Source of the DNA: Euryarchaeota archaeon UBA182
Lineage (GTDB): Archaea; Thermoplasmatota; Poseidoniia; Poseidoniales; Thalassarchaeaceae
Direction of reading: 5' to 3'
DNA length: 64,000 nt
NCBI GenBank assembly: GCA_002495675.1
Contig: DAGH01000023.1
Location: forward strand, 1,184 to 65,183
A model generated the notes under the pieces. It was given only the letters and a program-made list of their open reading frames with translations. It had not been told where the DNA came from and searched no databases. Every line of letters begins with the position of its first letter. Positions within the stretch are counted from its first letter, which is position 1. The position numbers and the translations under genes are program-made. Positions 29,501 through 36,618 of this stretch are shown here, in pieces.

Positions 29501-29983
29501 ATTGGCAAATACAACGAAACAGGTTTACTGGGAGATGGCTCTACCTTCTCAATAACCCTCGATATCTCCGACCTATACTCAGAGAGTGAGGGAGTACTCT
29601 CAACGGTGTACATTCGGGTAATCGAAGGAGATGGACAAAGATATTCCATAAGCACGAGTGAGGACATTTACCTTCTCAAGCGAAGCAGCGATCCGTGCGT
29701 AAGGGATCCCTCAGCTGCAGGTTGCGATTCAGGCGCTCAGGGCATCGGCCTTGTCATCCCTGTGGTCGGCGGTTTACTCCTGGTTCTCGCAATCGCAGGA
29801 GTGACTCTAGCCATGAGGGGTAGGACAAGAACTTCTGTCACTGACGAGATACAATCCTTCCAAGGAGTACAGGATTTGGATCCCGTAGAGGCATATGTTC
29901 AGCAGATGGTAGGCCAGGGGTATCCCGAAGACTATGCAAGGCAATACGCACAGGACTACTATGCGAACCTCAACAAGAAGTAA
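23528..29983 (+). CDS. Giant (about 2150 aa) secreted, C-terminally anchored FG-GAP/VCBS-repeat adhesin-like surface protein
   Basis: Signal peptide MRSAGKAKGNENRRVKAITLVAMMVSMTMLSMIPAASA from the ATG at 23528; the track ORF starts at an upstream TTG. Five FG-GAP-type Ca-binding repeats (DLDCDGDNDIV, DIDGDQMPDIV, DIDDDGDDDIV, DTDGDGIVDMV, DVNGDGKMDFF). Two jelly-roll domain ends (GLDGFAFDNITII, GLAGFAIDNIRFEEF). A C-terminal TM (IGLVIPVVGGLLLVLAIAGVTLA) plus a cytoplasmic tail of about 50 aa. Confidence 0.85.
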   Translation: MRSAGKAKGNENRRVKAITLVAMMVSMTMLSMIPAASASQITQYAVQRDPHYVDTGDLDCDGDNDIVASSSMGFYLTSMFNDGSGGFPDRQDIFIAGGVGDSQRQNIFQTANSQQIQIADIDGDQMPDIVYFQENVRFVGETFVRPANLTVIWGECNKNTHQWDRDIIEIPSHPFSQGMDVGDIDDDGDDDIVLATMTPDGGQTYVEVFKGPDPGPQADQTILVPAPTYGHYSYIELGQWGEDLAQDPITGQTLPGECEDLDLWVLRTPRFNPGAGYSVGNYDNMTVLEFDCVTGLYADPNVGGSAAAAVHDFTLDAEHGYELEIDVEDTDGDGIVDMVAAVDGIEGRISYATRSSVGSNWDTRNYINLGNYKGASITISDVNGDGKMDFFIPTELTLTRLQDSSSRNQTYTTVENLRELNSVEIILSNGQGTGYLSPISFDVGRRPTVAAPAQLKGDDTTAQEIIIGQRDYSYRFGSGAMWMDSLGWPGAGDFLSVLTLDNQDVAIDGLTIAPASTDPSTGDAQLGEGTRFVNVTLMNTGLNPVSGSVDLDLAVKEVVGGVDTLVYSNDFDGNEDTTNCAGCTWAGASYTSDFAPGTSWHAETGSTAATENVSTYEADHNPTNYMWAGLDYNGTAENNSGYFNNMDEAFILEDVDLTGADAAFLDVSILCSVAFTNLFLSEPYVVQERWLYEDSCGIEAFSEGRGWESVWFQGGYDLDRYFNILQLNQDPELEIKNFAIYPQYVTEWTNYTEGGDEDEDANTLDAIDLTPYAGEVIDLRFRFRSGLYGSVGTTDTSYDTGLDGFAFDNITIIKRNTIFGQEQSISQQVSFQPLAAGEEREITLSADFLDNTTYYISAGLTNFNGFIDQDPINDALKFQTTVKNLYDPGLAADPFVDFEPGVRYASAEYPIEIMVQNFGNTITNWTTEAEIFNALPDLTAIEDFSGINPIWSDDGNDNGTRLDDSTTSNQVLPQNQGVFKNYAYWLGDPDVGYGDDWNEPMSVGPVGVGQTDSDYSYVSWDYYAEGDYLVDQYGNIQTVRDQAALFIEWTKQGQSYNGLVQGSWVDLNENGIQRTNPEDPQFHACEDFDNDGNYDEAEYFGDFGDRGYYTWFDSEQIVKSVVLDLTHIVLENRTSDEAFQWRDECTSLEGSEVTLTWRFISNGDGINGNAGLAGFAIDNIRFEEFTFEDDGNYSVEVNGLDSQESQVVNLGTHDFDSGLYRIDVRTIFDNNDPTQKWYNAEEVNPSNNFSKVQFSIDSAEITLLQPNVLDCVGDVTYECVYPISPTSAHTFSLPILNGVIEGVYEVTMSVVDTTTGQMVWQATSDNGPFDLVPHQRDFANWTLGSNAQIGSTGMFNSWESGRAYNLSWNAKLVSDDSENGNKRYFDITFMDDIDVAILSNPTDQNRLQRVKSDLESMGMTYTQFRTSEWEDYVTEDWTGVYHKVLLPWQTDYNAAYGDYYQKLSEVRTSGLSVIDVLDNFMVNGGTLQVHLGPYRNDYVPDNLPFGMDIQERNPANSSIRFDYDDVRVIDRYHPLLGGVDLTALQGVHGGQYVAMSGLDISQVLPNQVPAACGGRISDPLGTFHSLLGSMEYGSQSLLSLCNRGNGGMIVTTMDVENPSFSEPYGGQTMPLLSNMLGYSVTPYPFDFGIAGDTFDLTINGVSPSINTVTKAYNTVYIKSNSELQFSYVSDATDLIADWTLEPGGEDAVTGWNSEIVDPGEFSHVSQSSAEIPTLGSFCVESTLSSTGCFIGAEWLLTLYLHDAEGHTRMTYVRLITNDTLADESDPTASIKLVEDSLTDEYVEDDGTKTVAGTDWDVRRVRLTPTGDITLSFSGAESNDADAPEGESGIQMYSWRVYFDYPVTSQPSLDGHVFDIPATAGGDSFSYTFRNVTSDGTLENQIRLELIVYDKAGKSSSKARMYFVVVGEDFGDEPPVVTFSSPKPNDSQTEDRVTISGTVVSGAENSDVRIQVALADSLILDLSPTPKATQKQIGKYNETGLLGDGSTFSITLDISDLYSESEGVLSTVYIRVIEGDGQRYSISTSEDIYLLKRSSDPCVRDPSAAGCDSGAQGIGLVIPVVGGLLLVLAIAGVTLAMRGRTRTSVTDEIQSFQGVQDLDPVEAYVQQMVGQGYPEDYARQYAQDYYANLNKK

Positions 29984-29988
29984 AGACT

Positions 29989-30972
29989 TCATTTAGGTAT
30001 AAACTCTGTTGACCATTTACGGGAAATACGCTGTCCTCCGGCAACGATTTTTTCGTGTCGCTCAAGCCACGCAGGTGGGCGATAAGTCAACATCTTCTTG
30101 TAAAGCCTGCCTCCCCTGATATCCTCAGAAATGCAAGTCTTACCCGATGCCATCTCTATGTCAAGAGCCCGATCAAGATCGGTGGCATTTCGGTTCATCC
30201 ATCTGAAGAGTGGTTCTGAGGCACGAGTCAGCCCATAGAATGCGATGAGTATGGTCATGAATGTGGCAACCTGTCCCCCTGCACCATAGGAGGAGAGGGA
30301 AGCAGAGGCGACGAAACCTATCATGAAAACGAATGGCGCGATCATAAAAAACAGAAAATACGTTTGGGATATAGGCTTCTGATTTCGAAATTTACTTATC
30401 TTGCCCCATTTTTGATCGTTGGGGTCCTGGGGCCTGAAAATATCAGTTTTATTTTTTTTCATTGCATCATGCAAACTCCTTCGGACATCCTCCAATCTTC
30501 TCTTTTGTGAGGTGGATAGAGATGCCCCTTCGAGTGATAATATTTGATCGGAAACTTGCGACGCCTTATCGTAATCGCCGTATCTGGCCAAAATAGAGGC
30601 TTGTTCTATAAACGGAACAGGAGATTCTGGATTTACCTCCATGTAATTTGACCACCATTCGAGGGCATCTTCCAACATACCAAGGTGATCAACAAGTATC
30701 AAGCCCCCTAATGCCCACGCCTCATCCATTGAAGGATCGCATTCAACCGCCGATCTGAGACACCTAAGAGCATTCGCAGACTGAGAAAGGGTCGGATCAA
30801 TTGGCTTACCGCGGCTCCTAGGGGGTAGATTGAGGTCTGCTGCCTCGACCCAGAGCAGAGCGTTATCGGAGTCTACTTCGAGTGCGTCTTCAATCATCCT
30901 GAGAGAATCCTCTCTAGACTCGTTGTTCCTGACTTCGGAAATCCATTCCGAGTTATGCTCTTTGTCAGCCAT
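29989..30972 (-). CDS. TPR-like repeat membrane protein (hypothetical)
   Basis: 327 aa. The N-terminal 190 aa or so are helical-repeat-like (ALLWVEAADL..., DEAWALGGLILVD..., EQASILARYGDYDKASQ). Two TM helices follow (TYFLFFMIAPFVFMIGFVASA, VATFMTILIAFYGL), then a basic C-terminal region. Confidence 0.55.
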   Translation of the reverse strand: MADKEHNSEWISEVRNNESREDSLRMIEDALEVDSDNALLWVEAADLNLPPRSRGKPIDPTLSQSANALRCLRSAVECDPSMDEAWALGGLILVDHLGMLEDALEWWSNYMEVNPESPVPFIEQASILARYGDYDKASQVSDQILSLEGASLSTSQKRRLEDVRRSLHDAMKKNKTDIFRPQDPNDQKWGKISKFRNQKPISQTYFLFFMIAPFVFMIGFVASASLSSYGAGGQVATFMTILIAFYGLTRASEPLFRWMNRNATDLDRALDIEMASGKTCISEDIRGGRLYKKMLTYRPPAWLERHEKIVAGGQRISRKWSTEFIPK

Positions 30973-31007
30973 CGTCCCGCGGAGACAAGCACATACAATG
31001 AATGCTC

Positions 31008-31625
31008 CTATCTCTGAGGTTTCCTACGAGCTCTCTTCTTTCCTCTATCTGACTGATTGTACGAGTTCCTTCGTGTTCTCTTGCCCCCTGGTGATCGCCT
31101 ATTCTTCCTGGGATTGGATCCATGGCCATGTTTCTTGTATCCAGATTCTCTGTCCTTGCTCAATCTATCGGAACCACGCTTCTCGTTTGTTCTCCTGCTT
31201 TCCGGCCGCCTCTCGTTACAATTCGTACATCTGCCTGTTCTGGAATTCAAGGTTCGGCACTTGCCACAAACCCATGTCGGGAGGACTCTGTTCGCTGTTC
31301 CATTTTTTCTGTGACCACCTTTTCTGGCAACCTTGGTAATACGATTTCTCGGGCTTCCCTTGCTCTTATTACCAAATTGCCCCTTTTTTCCTGCAGATCT
31401 AAAAATCTCTACAGGCGCACCCGTCGCTGAGGCAGGATCAATCCTTTCTGAAAGAACGACGTGAATCAATCCGGAATTCACGCTCCCGATAACTGAGTCA
31501 ACACGTCCAATCTTTTGGCCCCCCTCGATCTGTACCGCCCAACCCAAACCAGGAGGGTTCCCCTCAAAATTGACCAGAAGGCCACCGAGATGGGACATTG
31601 AGACTATGCGGCCTCTGACGGTCAT
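31008..31625 (-). CDS. gar1: H/ACA ribonucleoprotein component Gar1-like protein fused to a RanBP2-like zinc finger and a Lys/Arg-rich tail
   Basis: The N-terminal 75 aa (RGRIVSMSHLGGLLVNFEGNPPGLGWAVQIEGGQKIGRVDSVIGSVNSGLIHVVL) follow the archaeal Gar1 barrel pattern. Residues 118-136 are WVCGKCRTLNSRTGRCTNC. The rest is K/R/G/S-rich. The ATG overlaps the upstream gene stop (ATGA). Confidence 0.55.
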   Translation of the reverse strand: MTVRGRIVSMSHLGGLLVNFEGNPPGLGWAVQIEGGQKIGRVDSVIGSVNSGLIHVVLSERIDPASATGAPVEIFRSAGKKGQFGNKSKGSPRNRITKVARKGGHRKNGTANRVLPTWVCGKCRTLNSRTGRCTNCNERRPESRRTNEKRGSDRLSKDRESGYKKHGHGSNPRKNRRSPGGKRTRRNSYNQSDRGKKRARRKPQR

Positions 31626-33670
31626 GGTGCCCCTCGGTGACCCCTTCCATACATGAATGCAGCAGCAAGAATCCCTATCGAAGAGTAATAAATTGGGAAG
31701 GGAACAAACCCCACGCTGTCATCATCCCCTCGCTCTGGTATCTCTTCTGAGACATCAGATGTCAATGCTAGGGTCGAGTTGAGGCTACTCTCAGCAATTG
31801 CACACATTCCTGATGCATCACATCCACGAACGGAAACCGTGTGGAGGCCGACGTCAAACAATCTGAAATCTATAGGTCCAACAGACCATGCATTGCCAAA
31901 TGCTTGAACGGTGCCGATATTCACCCCGTCAATATACATTGTAAATGTGACATCCTCCCCATCCGGGTCGCTGAACATTCCATTCATCTCCCATTCTGTC
32001 TCGGTCCATTTAGTCTCAAGGATTGATAAAATTGGGGGGGAACCTATCTTTTGAAGGGCGATTTCACTCCTCTCTGACCGCTCATGGACCCCCTCTCCTG
32101 AATATTTGAACCAGATACTGAGCGGACCTGGGGTTGCGATTCTGGCATCCCCAGAGAACATCAGCTCTGCGACAGAGTCCGAGGAGTTCAACAGGATAGC
32201 ATCGTCATAGAATATTGGACTGTTACCAGACCATTCGATGCCTATGGAAAGACTCACCTGAAGGAACTCCCCGTTTGATGGGTTTTGCGTGTTTATGTCA
32301 CTCAGGATTAAACTCAGGTCTTCTATGACATCTAGTGAATTGGATTGGGTGTTCACCGAGAATCCTTTCATGATAAGAAAATCCCGAACAGATGTAGTTT
32401 GACCGGAGTCATCTTCCGCTGAACATGAAATAATGTTGTAATCGGAGTCATGCCCCATTGTCACTACAATCGCCCTGGAATCAGTGACAAGATTGGTGTT
32501 GGACCCCTCCTCTAGACATGTCAAGTCTAATGATGACACCGCATCTTCATCGGAGAACCAACTTGCGATTTCATTCCATTCCGCGACTAAAACCCTGGTG
32601 GACTCCAAAGTCGATGCCATCGAGCTGTATACCCATACAGTTCCATTGTCTGGTGCAGCCGAGGTCCAGATGGGGCTCTCATCTGTCGGAGGTTGAATAG
32701 TTGTCAGGTCAAAGAATAGGTCTTCTCCGGCGGGCCAGAAAGAACTTGGCCTGTCCGGCATGATTGTGAGTACCATCCCTCCCAGTTCATCATACCCTGC
32801 GGTAGCCACAGAGGATCCGTCACCAATGCAGGAACCTCTGATTGGTGTTGGAGAGCCTCCGTTGAGGAGATCTCTTCCTTCACATTCCTCAAACATAGAG
32901 AGCCGCATCCCCTCGACATATGGTGCGTTAACAGTGTAAGTCGCTCTCGAGATGTTTGAAGTGTTCATAGCTAGGGTCAGGGTCTCGAGCGATTGTATGT
33001 TGTGCAAATCTACGGTGCCACTCAACATTAGTTCTATTCTGCACTCGTCTGGATTATTTGCGTCAGTGTCACAATCCCTGGACTCATCAGGAGCGACAGG
33101 GACCTCGTAGCAATTGGTACTACCGAAGTTGCTGCATGACCGGGCTGACTCGTGCCGTTCTGGGACCATATTCCATTCAGCAATTGAGACGCCATCTTCT
33201 ACCCATGTGGCATTCCTCCAGTCAACTGCCGGACCGCCACGATGATGCTCTCCATCCCTGACTCCGACCCTTGTCATTGTGTATTCCACGCAATCTGCTG
33301 CCACGGATCGAACTGCTTCTCTCTCGTCGGATGAAAGCCATCCATCACCTCCACTCGGAATTAACCCGTCGAGCAGGTCGTCCAAAAATGTCCGGAAGTC
33401 ATCTGCCATGGTTCCGTTTATCCATGCTAATGCCTCTATCTGCGCAGTGCGCCAATTATCTGCCACTGTGACGTTAAAATCAGCCCATGTGTAAGTAAAG
33501 ACATCTTCAAACGAACTCTTGGAACACTGCGCCTCGAGAGAGGTACCTCCTCCAAATTGATTCATTACTATCGACTCATCTCGCAGATTGGAACGATTTT
33601 CAACCTCAGTACCATTTATGCCAACAAGTAGCAGCATCGCGATGATTGCCAGCGTAGGACCCCTGCCCAT
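31622..33670 (-). CDS. Secreted, C-terminally anchored surface protein (hypothetical, 682 aa)
   Basis: Signal peptide MGRGPTLAIIAMLLLVGING, a long Cys-containing acidic ectodomain, and a C-terminal hydrophobic anchor with basic end (GFVPFPIYYSSIGILAAAFMYGRGHRGAP). Confidence 0.7.
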   Translation of the reverse strand: MGRGPTLAIIAMLLLVGINGTEVENRSNLRDESIVMNQFGGGTSLEAQCSKSSFEDVFTYTWADFNVTVADNWRTAQIEALAWINGTMADDFRTFLDDLLDGLIPSGGDGWLSSDEREAVRSVAADCVEYTMTRVGVRDGEHHRGGPAVDWRNATWVEDGVSIAEWNMVPERHESARSCSNFGSTNCYEVPVAPDESRDCDTDANNPDECRIELMLSGTVDLHNIQSLETLTLAMNTSNISRATYTVNAPYVEGMRLSMFEECEGRDLLNGGSPTPIRGSCIGDGSSVATAGYDELGGMVLTIMPDRPSSFWPAGEDLFFDLTTIQPPTDESPIWTSAAPDNGTVWVYSSMASTLESTRVLVAEWNEIASWFSDEDAVSSLDLTCLEEGSNTNLVTDSRAIVVTMGHDSDYNIISCSAEDDSGQTTSVRDFLIMKGFSVNTQSNSLDVIEDLSLILSDINTQNPSNGEFLQVSLSIGIEWSGNSPIFYDDAILLNSSDSVAELMFSGDARIATPGPLSIWFKYSGEGVHERSERSEIALQKIGSPPILSILETKWTETEWEMNGMFSDPDGEDVTFTMYIDGVNIGTVQAFGNAWSVGPIDFRLFDVGLHTVSVRGCDASGMCAIAESSLNSTLALTSDVSEEIPERGDDDSVGFVPFPIYYSSIGILAAAFMYGRGHRGAP

Positions 33671-33808
33671 GGTACGGCAAGGAACCCCTCACACTTCACT
33701 CTATGTCTTAACAAACGGAACGCATGGATGTCAATCAGGCACTGGCATGAACCAAACGAGGCCCCATTCCCACCAGATCCAAATAGAGGATTAGGTGGGC
33801 CTAAATTA

Positions 33809-34528
33809 ATGGCAACCATGGGAGCTGGTGATGTAGTAGTCCATTTGGATGGGGTCACCATTGGTTATGACAAAAACAAGCCATTAGCTGAAATCCCATC
33901 CTTGAAAATAAAAAACGGTGAGATTCTAGCAATTGCTGGCCCCTCAGGAATAGGCAAGTCGACACTCGTAAAGACAATCGCCGGCTTGGTTAGGCCACTG
34001 AGTGGCGATATCGAGGTATGTGGTGTAATGGCACCACGCAGGCCTGTAAGAGGGCAGCTAGGATACATACCACAACGATTAGGACTTATCCGCCATGCAA
34101 GCGTCTTCCACAATGTACTGATCGGATCTCGTGCTAAATTCTGCGGGCCGCTTGATTTCCTTGCCTCCAAACAAGCGAAAGATTGGGCCAAAAAAGCGAT
34201 TGAAAAAATGGGCCTGGAACATAAGACCTGGGAGCCCATCAAACGCTTATCCGGAGGGCAACAGAGAAGGGTTGCCACAGCTAGAACACTCGCACAAAGA
34301 CCGAAATTAATACTTGCTGATGAGTTCTTGAGCGAGTTGGATGAGGAAACAATGTCGAAAGTCGCAGACGCAGTTGTGGAGTATTCTCGGCAGGAAGGGG
34401 CTGCGGTAGTATTGATTGAGCACGACATCAGCCGGGCGAGAAGTATAGCTGACAGACTAGTTGTTATGGACGACGGGCGACTAAACCCATTCTTATCGGA
34501 AACAAAAACTTTGGAGGTCAAGTTATGA
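33809..34528 (+). CDS. phnC: ABC transporter ATP-binding protein, phosphonate (PhnC)-like
   Basis: Walker A GPSGIGKSTL, signature LSGGQQRRVATARTL, Walker B LILADEFLSELD. I chose the start at ATG 33809 because AGGTGGG lies 10 nt upstream. It overlaps the permease gene by 4 nt. Confidence 0.75.
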   Translation: MATMGAGDVVVHLDGVTIGYDKNKPLAEIPSLKIKNGEILAIAGPSGIGKSTLVKTIAGLVRPLSGDIEVCGVMAPRRPVRGQLGYIPQRLGLIRHASVFHNVLIGSRAKFCGPLDFLASKQAKDWAKKAIEKMGLEHKTWEPIKRLSGGQQRRVATARTLAQRPKLILADEFLSELDEETMSKVADAVVEYSRQEGAAVVLIEHDISRARSIADRLVVMDDGRLNPFLSETKTLEVKL

Positions 34529-35400
34529 CGGGAATGATTCGTATCAATCCAGTATTCGTGTTGCTTTCGTGTTTTTTCCTTGCCATATATCTGATGATTG
34601 GATCCGTTGAAGACTGGGGGCGACTTTCAAACGGATTGGGGAATTTACGGATCTTCTTTTTCGAGTCGTTGTGGCCTCCGGATTGGAGTATTTTTGAACC
34701 TAGATTGTACCCTGATTGTCATGCACCAGGAGGGTTATCAATAACGTGCTCGACAGCATGGATTGGTATGACAGAAACTCTCAAAATTGCCTTCATATCA
34801 ACGGTTTTCGGGATGGTGATATCACTGCCCCTTTCCTTGTTGGCTGCAAACAACATAAGCACCCCGGGGCTTTCGTTAGCCACGCGGTTTCTACTGGCAT
34901 CATTGAGGAGCTTACCGTCATTGATATGGGCAATATTCTTTGTTGTTCTGATAGGTTTTGGACCAATATCCGGCATCCTTGCAATGACTGTTTACACAGT
35001 AGGTTATCTGGGCAAACTTCAGTATGAGGCAATCGAGGGCATGAGTAGCCTCCCACTGGAAGCCGCTGAAGCTGCCGGCTTGGGCAGAATCGAGAAAGCA
35101 ATCAATATCGTCATTCCAGAATCTGCAAATGATTTGATTTCCCAGGGCATTTTTATGTTCGAATACAACGTTCGTCACGGTTCAATCATAGGCATAGTTG
35201 GAGCAGGAGGAATAGGGTACTACATCGATCTCTATCTCGGGTTCCTGGTCTACGACAAAGTCATTGCATATCTGATACTAGTGTTCGTTGTAGTGTTGGT
35301 AATCGACTCGATATCTGTCTATGTAAGGTCGTTTTTCACAGACGATAGACCTACCAAGAAACCTACTTGGAAATCAGTATTCTTGCCAACTTGGAAATAG
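34525..35400 (+). CDS. phnE: ABC transporter permease, phosphonate (PhnE)-like
   Basis: ETLKIAFISTVFG and EAAEAAGLGRIEKAINIVIPESANDLISQGIFMFEYNVRHGSIIGIVGAGGIGY are the characteristic PhnE motifs. Confidence 0.8.
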   Translation: MTGMIRINPVFVLLSCFFLAIYLMIGSVEDWGRLSNGLGNLRIFFFESLWPPDWSIFEPRLYPDCHAPGGLSITCSTAWIGMTETLKIAFISTVFGMVISLPLSLLAANNISTPGLSLATRFLLASLRSLPSLIWAIFFVVLIGFGPISGILAMTVYTVGYLGKLQYEAIEGMSSLPLEAAEAAGLGRIEKAINIVIPESANDLISQGIFMFEYNVRHGSIIGIVGAGGIGYYIDLYLGFLVYDKVIAYLILVFVVVLVIDSISVYVRSFFTDDRPTKKPTWKSVFLPTWK

Positions 35401-35415
35401 ATACGAGGATCTAAG

Positions 35416-36420
35416 TTACAATGACTCGACCATTTTCCTAACGGATTCCTCTGGAGATAACTCCCCATCCAGCAAGTCACACAGGGAACTCAAGAATGGG
35501 GTATTCCATCCATTTCTATCCGCGGTATCGACAAACATCCTCGCAGCGCGGACGCCCTCGGCAACCATGGTCATCTCGTCCAAAGCCTGTTCCAGACTCT
35601 TTCCTTGACCCAATTTCTCTCCCAGAGTCCTATTCCTGCTCCGAGGACTCGTTGATGTGACATACAAATCTCCAATTCCCGCGGGCCCAAAAGCCGTGTC
35701 GGGGCTCGCACCCATCTTGGATAACAAGAATCTACCTTCATTGAAGCCCGCCTGAACCAAGGCTGCTTTCAGGTTGTCACCTCCAATTGAGTCTCTCAAA
35801 CCATCGACTATGCCGCATGCTAGTGCCACAGTGTTCTTGTAAGCACCCCACAACTCTGCTCCTACAGGATCGTCTGCGGATGTCAAGATAAGGGTCTTCG
35901 TGGATAACCTTTGGGCTATTTTCCTCGCCACTGAATCATCATCGCATGCTACTAATGCGCTGGTAACTACTCCTCTTGCCACCTCAGGAGCGATTGTTGG
36001 GCCCGTCAAGACCAGGACAGGATTTGATTTGCCCTTTGATTTCAATTTCTGCTCGATGGCATTAGATATCATACCATCCTCACTTGCCTCTTCAGGTGCC
36101 AGACCCTTTGCGAGATCTAGTATGACATGCGAAGGTCTCAAATCCGGCAATACCATGTCAATTACCTCCAATATCACTCCGCTAGGGAGTGCGAAGACGA
36201 GGATCTCGGAACTATCCAATATGTCCCCATGTGCCATGGTAGCCTGTAAATTTGGCATCTCCACGCCAGGTAGGTATTTGTGATTAATGGATTCCATCAT
36301 GAGTGACTCGTAAACTTCATTTTCTATGGTCCAACCAATTACCGTGTGACCATCTTCGCTCCAAATCTTCGCCAAGGCAGTGCCCCAGTTTCCCATACCG
36401 AATATCCCAATGCGCGCCAT
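35416..36420 (-). CDS. gpsA: NAD(P)H-dependent sn-glycerol-3-phosphate dehydrogenase (bacterial GpsA type)
   Basis: MARIGIFGMGNWGTALAKIW (Rossmann fold), GPTIAPEVARG, KNTVALACGIVDGL and SPRSRNRTLGEKLGQGKSLEQALDEMTMVAEGVRAA are canonical GpsA motifs. I moved the start to the ATG at 36420; the track start at 36447 is GTG. Confidence 0.9.
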   Translation of the reverse strand: MARIGIFGMGNWGTALAKIWSEDGHTVIGWTIENEVYESLMMESINHKYLPGVEMPNLQATMAHGDILDSSEILVFALPSGVILEVIDMVLPDLRPSHVILDLAKGLAPEEASEDGMISNAIEQKLKSKGKSNPVLVLTGPTIAPEVARGVVTSALVACDDDSVARKIAQRLSTKTLILTSADDPVGAELWGAYKNTVALACGIVDGLRDSIGGDNLKAALVQAGFNEGRFLLSKMGASPDTAFGPAGIGDLYVTSTSPRSRNRTLGEKLGQGKSLEQALDEMTMVAEGVRAARMFVDTADRNGWNTPFLSSLCDLLDGELSPEESVRKMVESL

Positions 36421-36610
36421 GAAGCCACCAATAACAGGGCGCAGCACAAATCCGTTATGACCTTGGTGGGGGATTTCAGGATGCCAATGTGGTAATTAGC
36501 AATTGTTAACTCGACCAAATTGATTTGAAGCTCCCATAACTAAACATTGATCCGAACTCTCGGTTGGATGTTGCTAAGACGAATGACAAGGTTACCCACT
36601 CACGGCATTG

Positions 36611-36618
36611 TAAAATAT
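36611..36618 (+). promoter_or_regulatory. Candidate archaeal TATA box for tRNA-Leu
   Basis: TAAAATAT is centred about 29 nt upstream of the first tRNA nucleotide (36644), the usual archaeal TATA-to-start distance. Confidence 0.35.

Noticed and set aside
30830-31339. 169-aa plus-strand ORF, plus two nested ORFs, opposite the TPR-protein and gar1 genes
   Set aside because: It crosses the boundary of two minus-strand genes. The minus-strand frame in this region contains an intact zinc-finger motif, whereas the plus-strand product is Ser/Cys/Phe-rich without motifs.
33865-34521. 218-aa minus-strand ORF antisense to phnC
   Set aside because: The plus-strand frame carries Walker A, signature and Walker B motifs. 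The antisense product has no motifs and a Ser/Cys-rich composition, so it is a shadow ORF.
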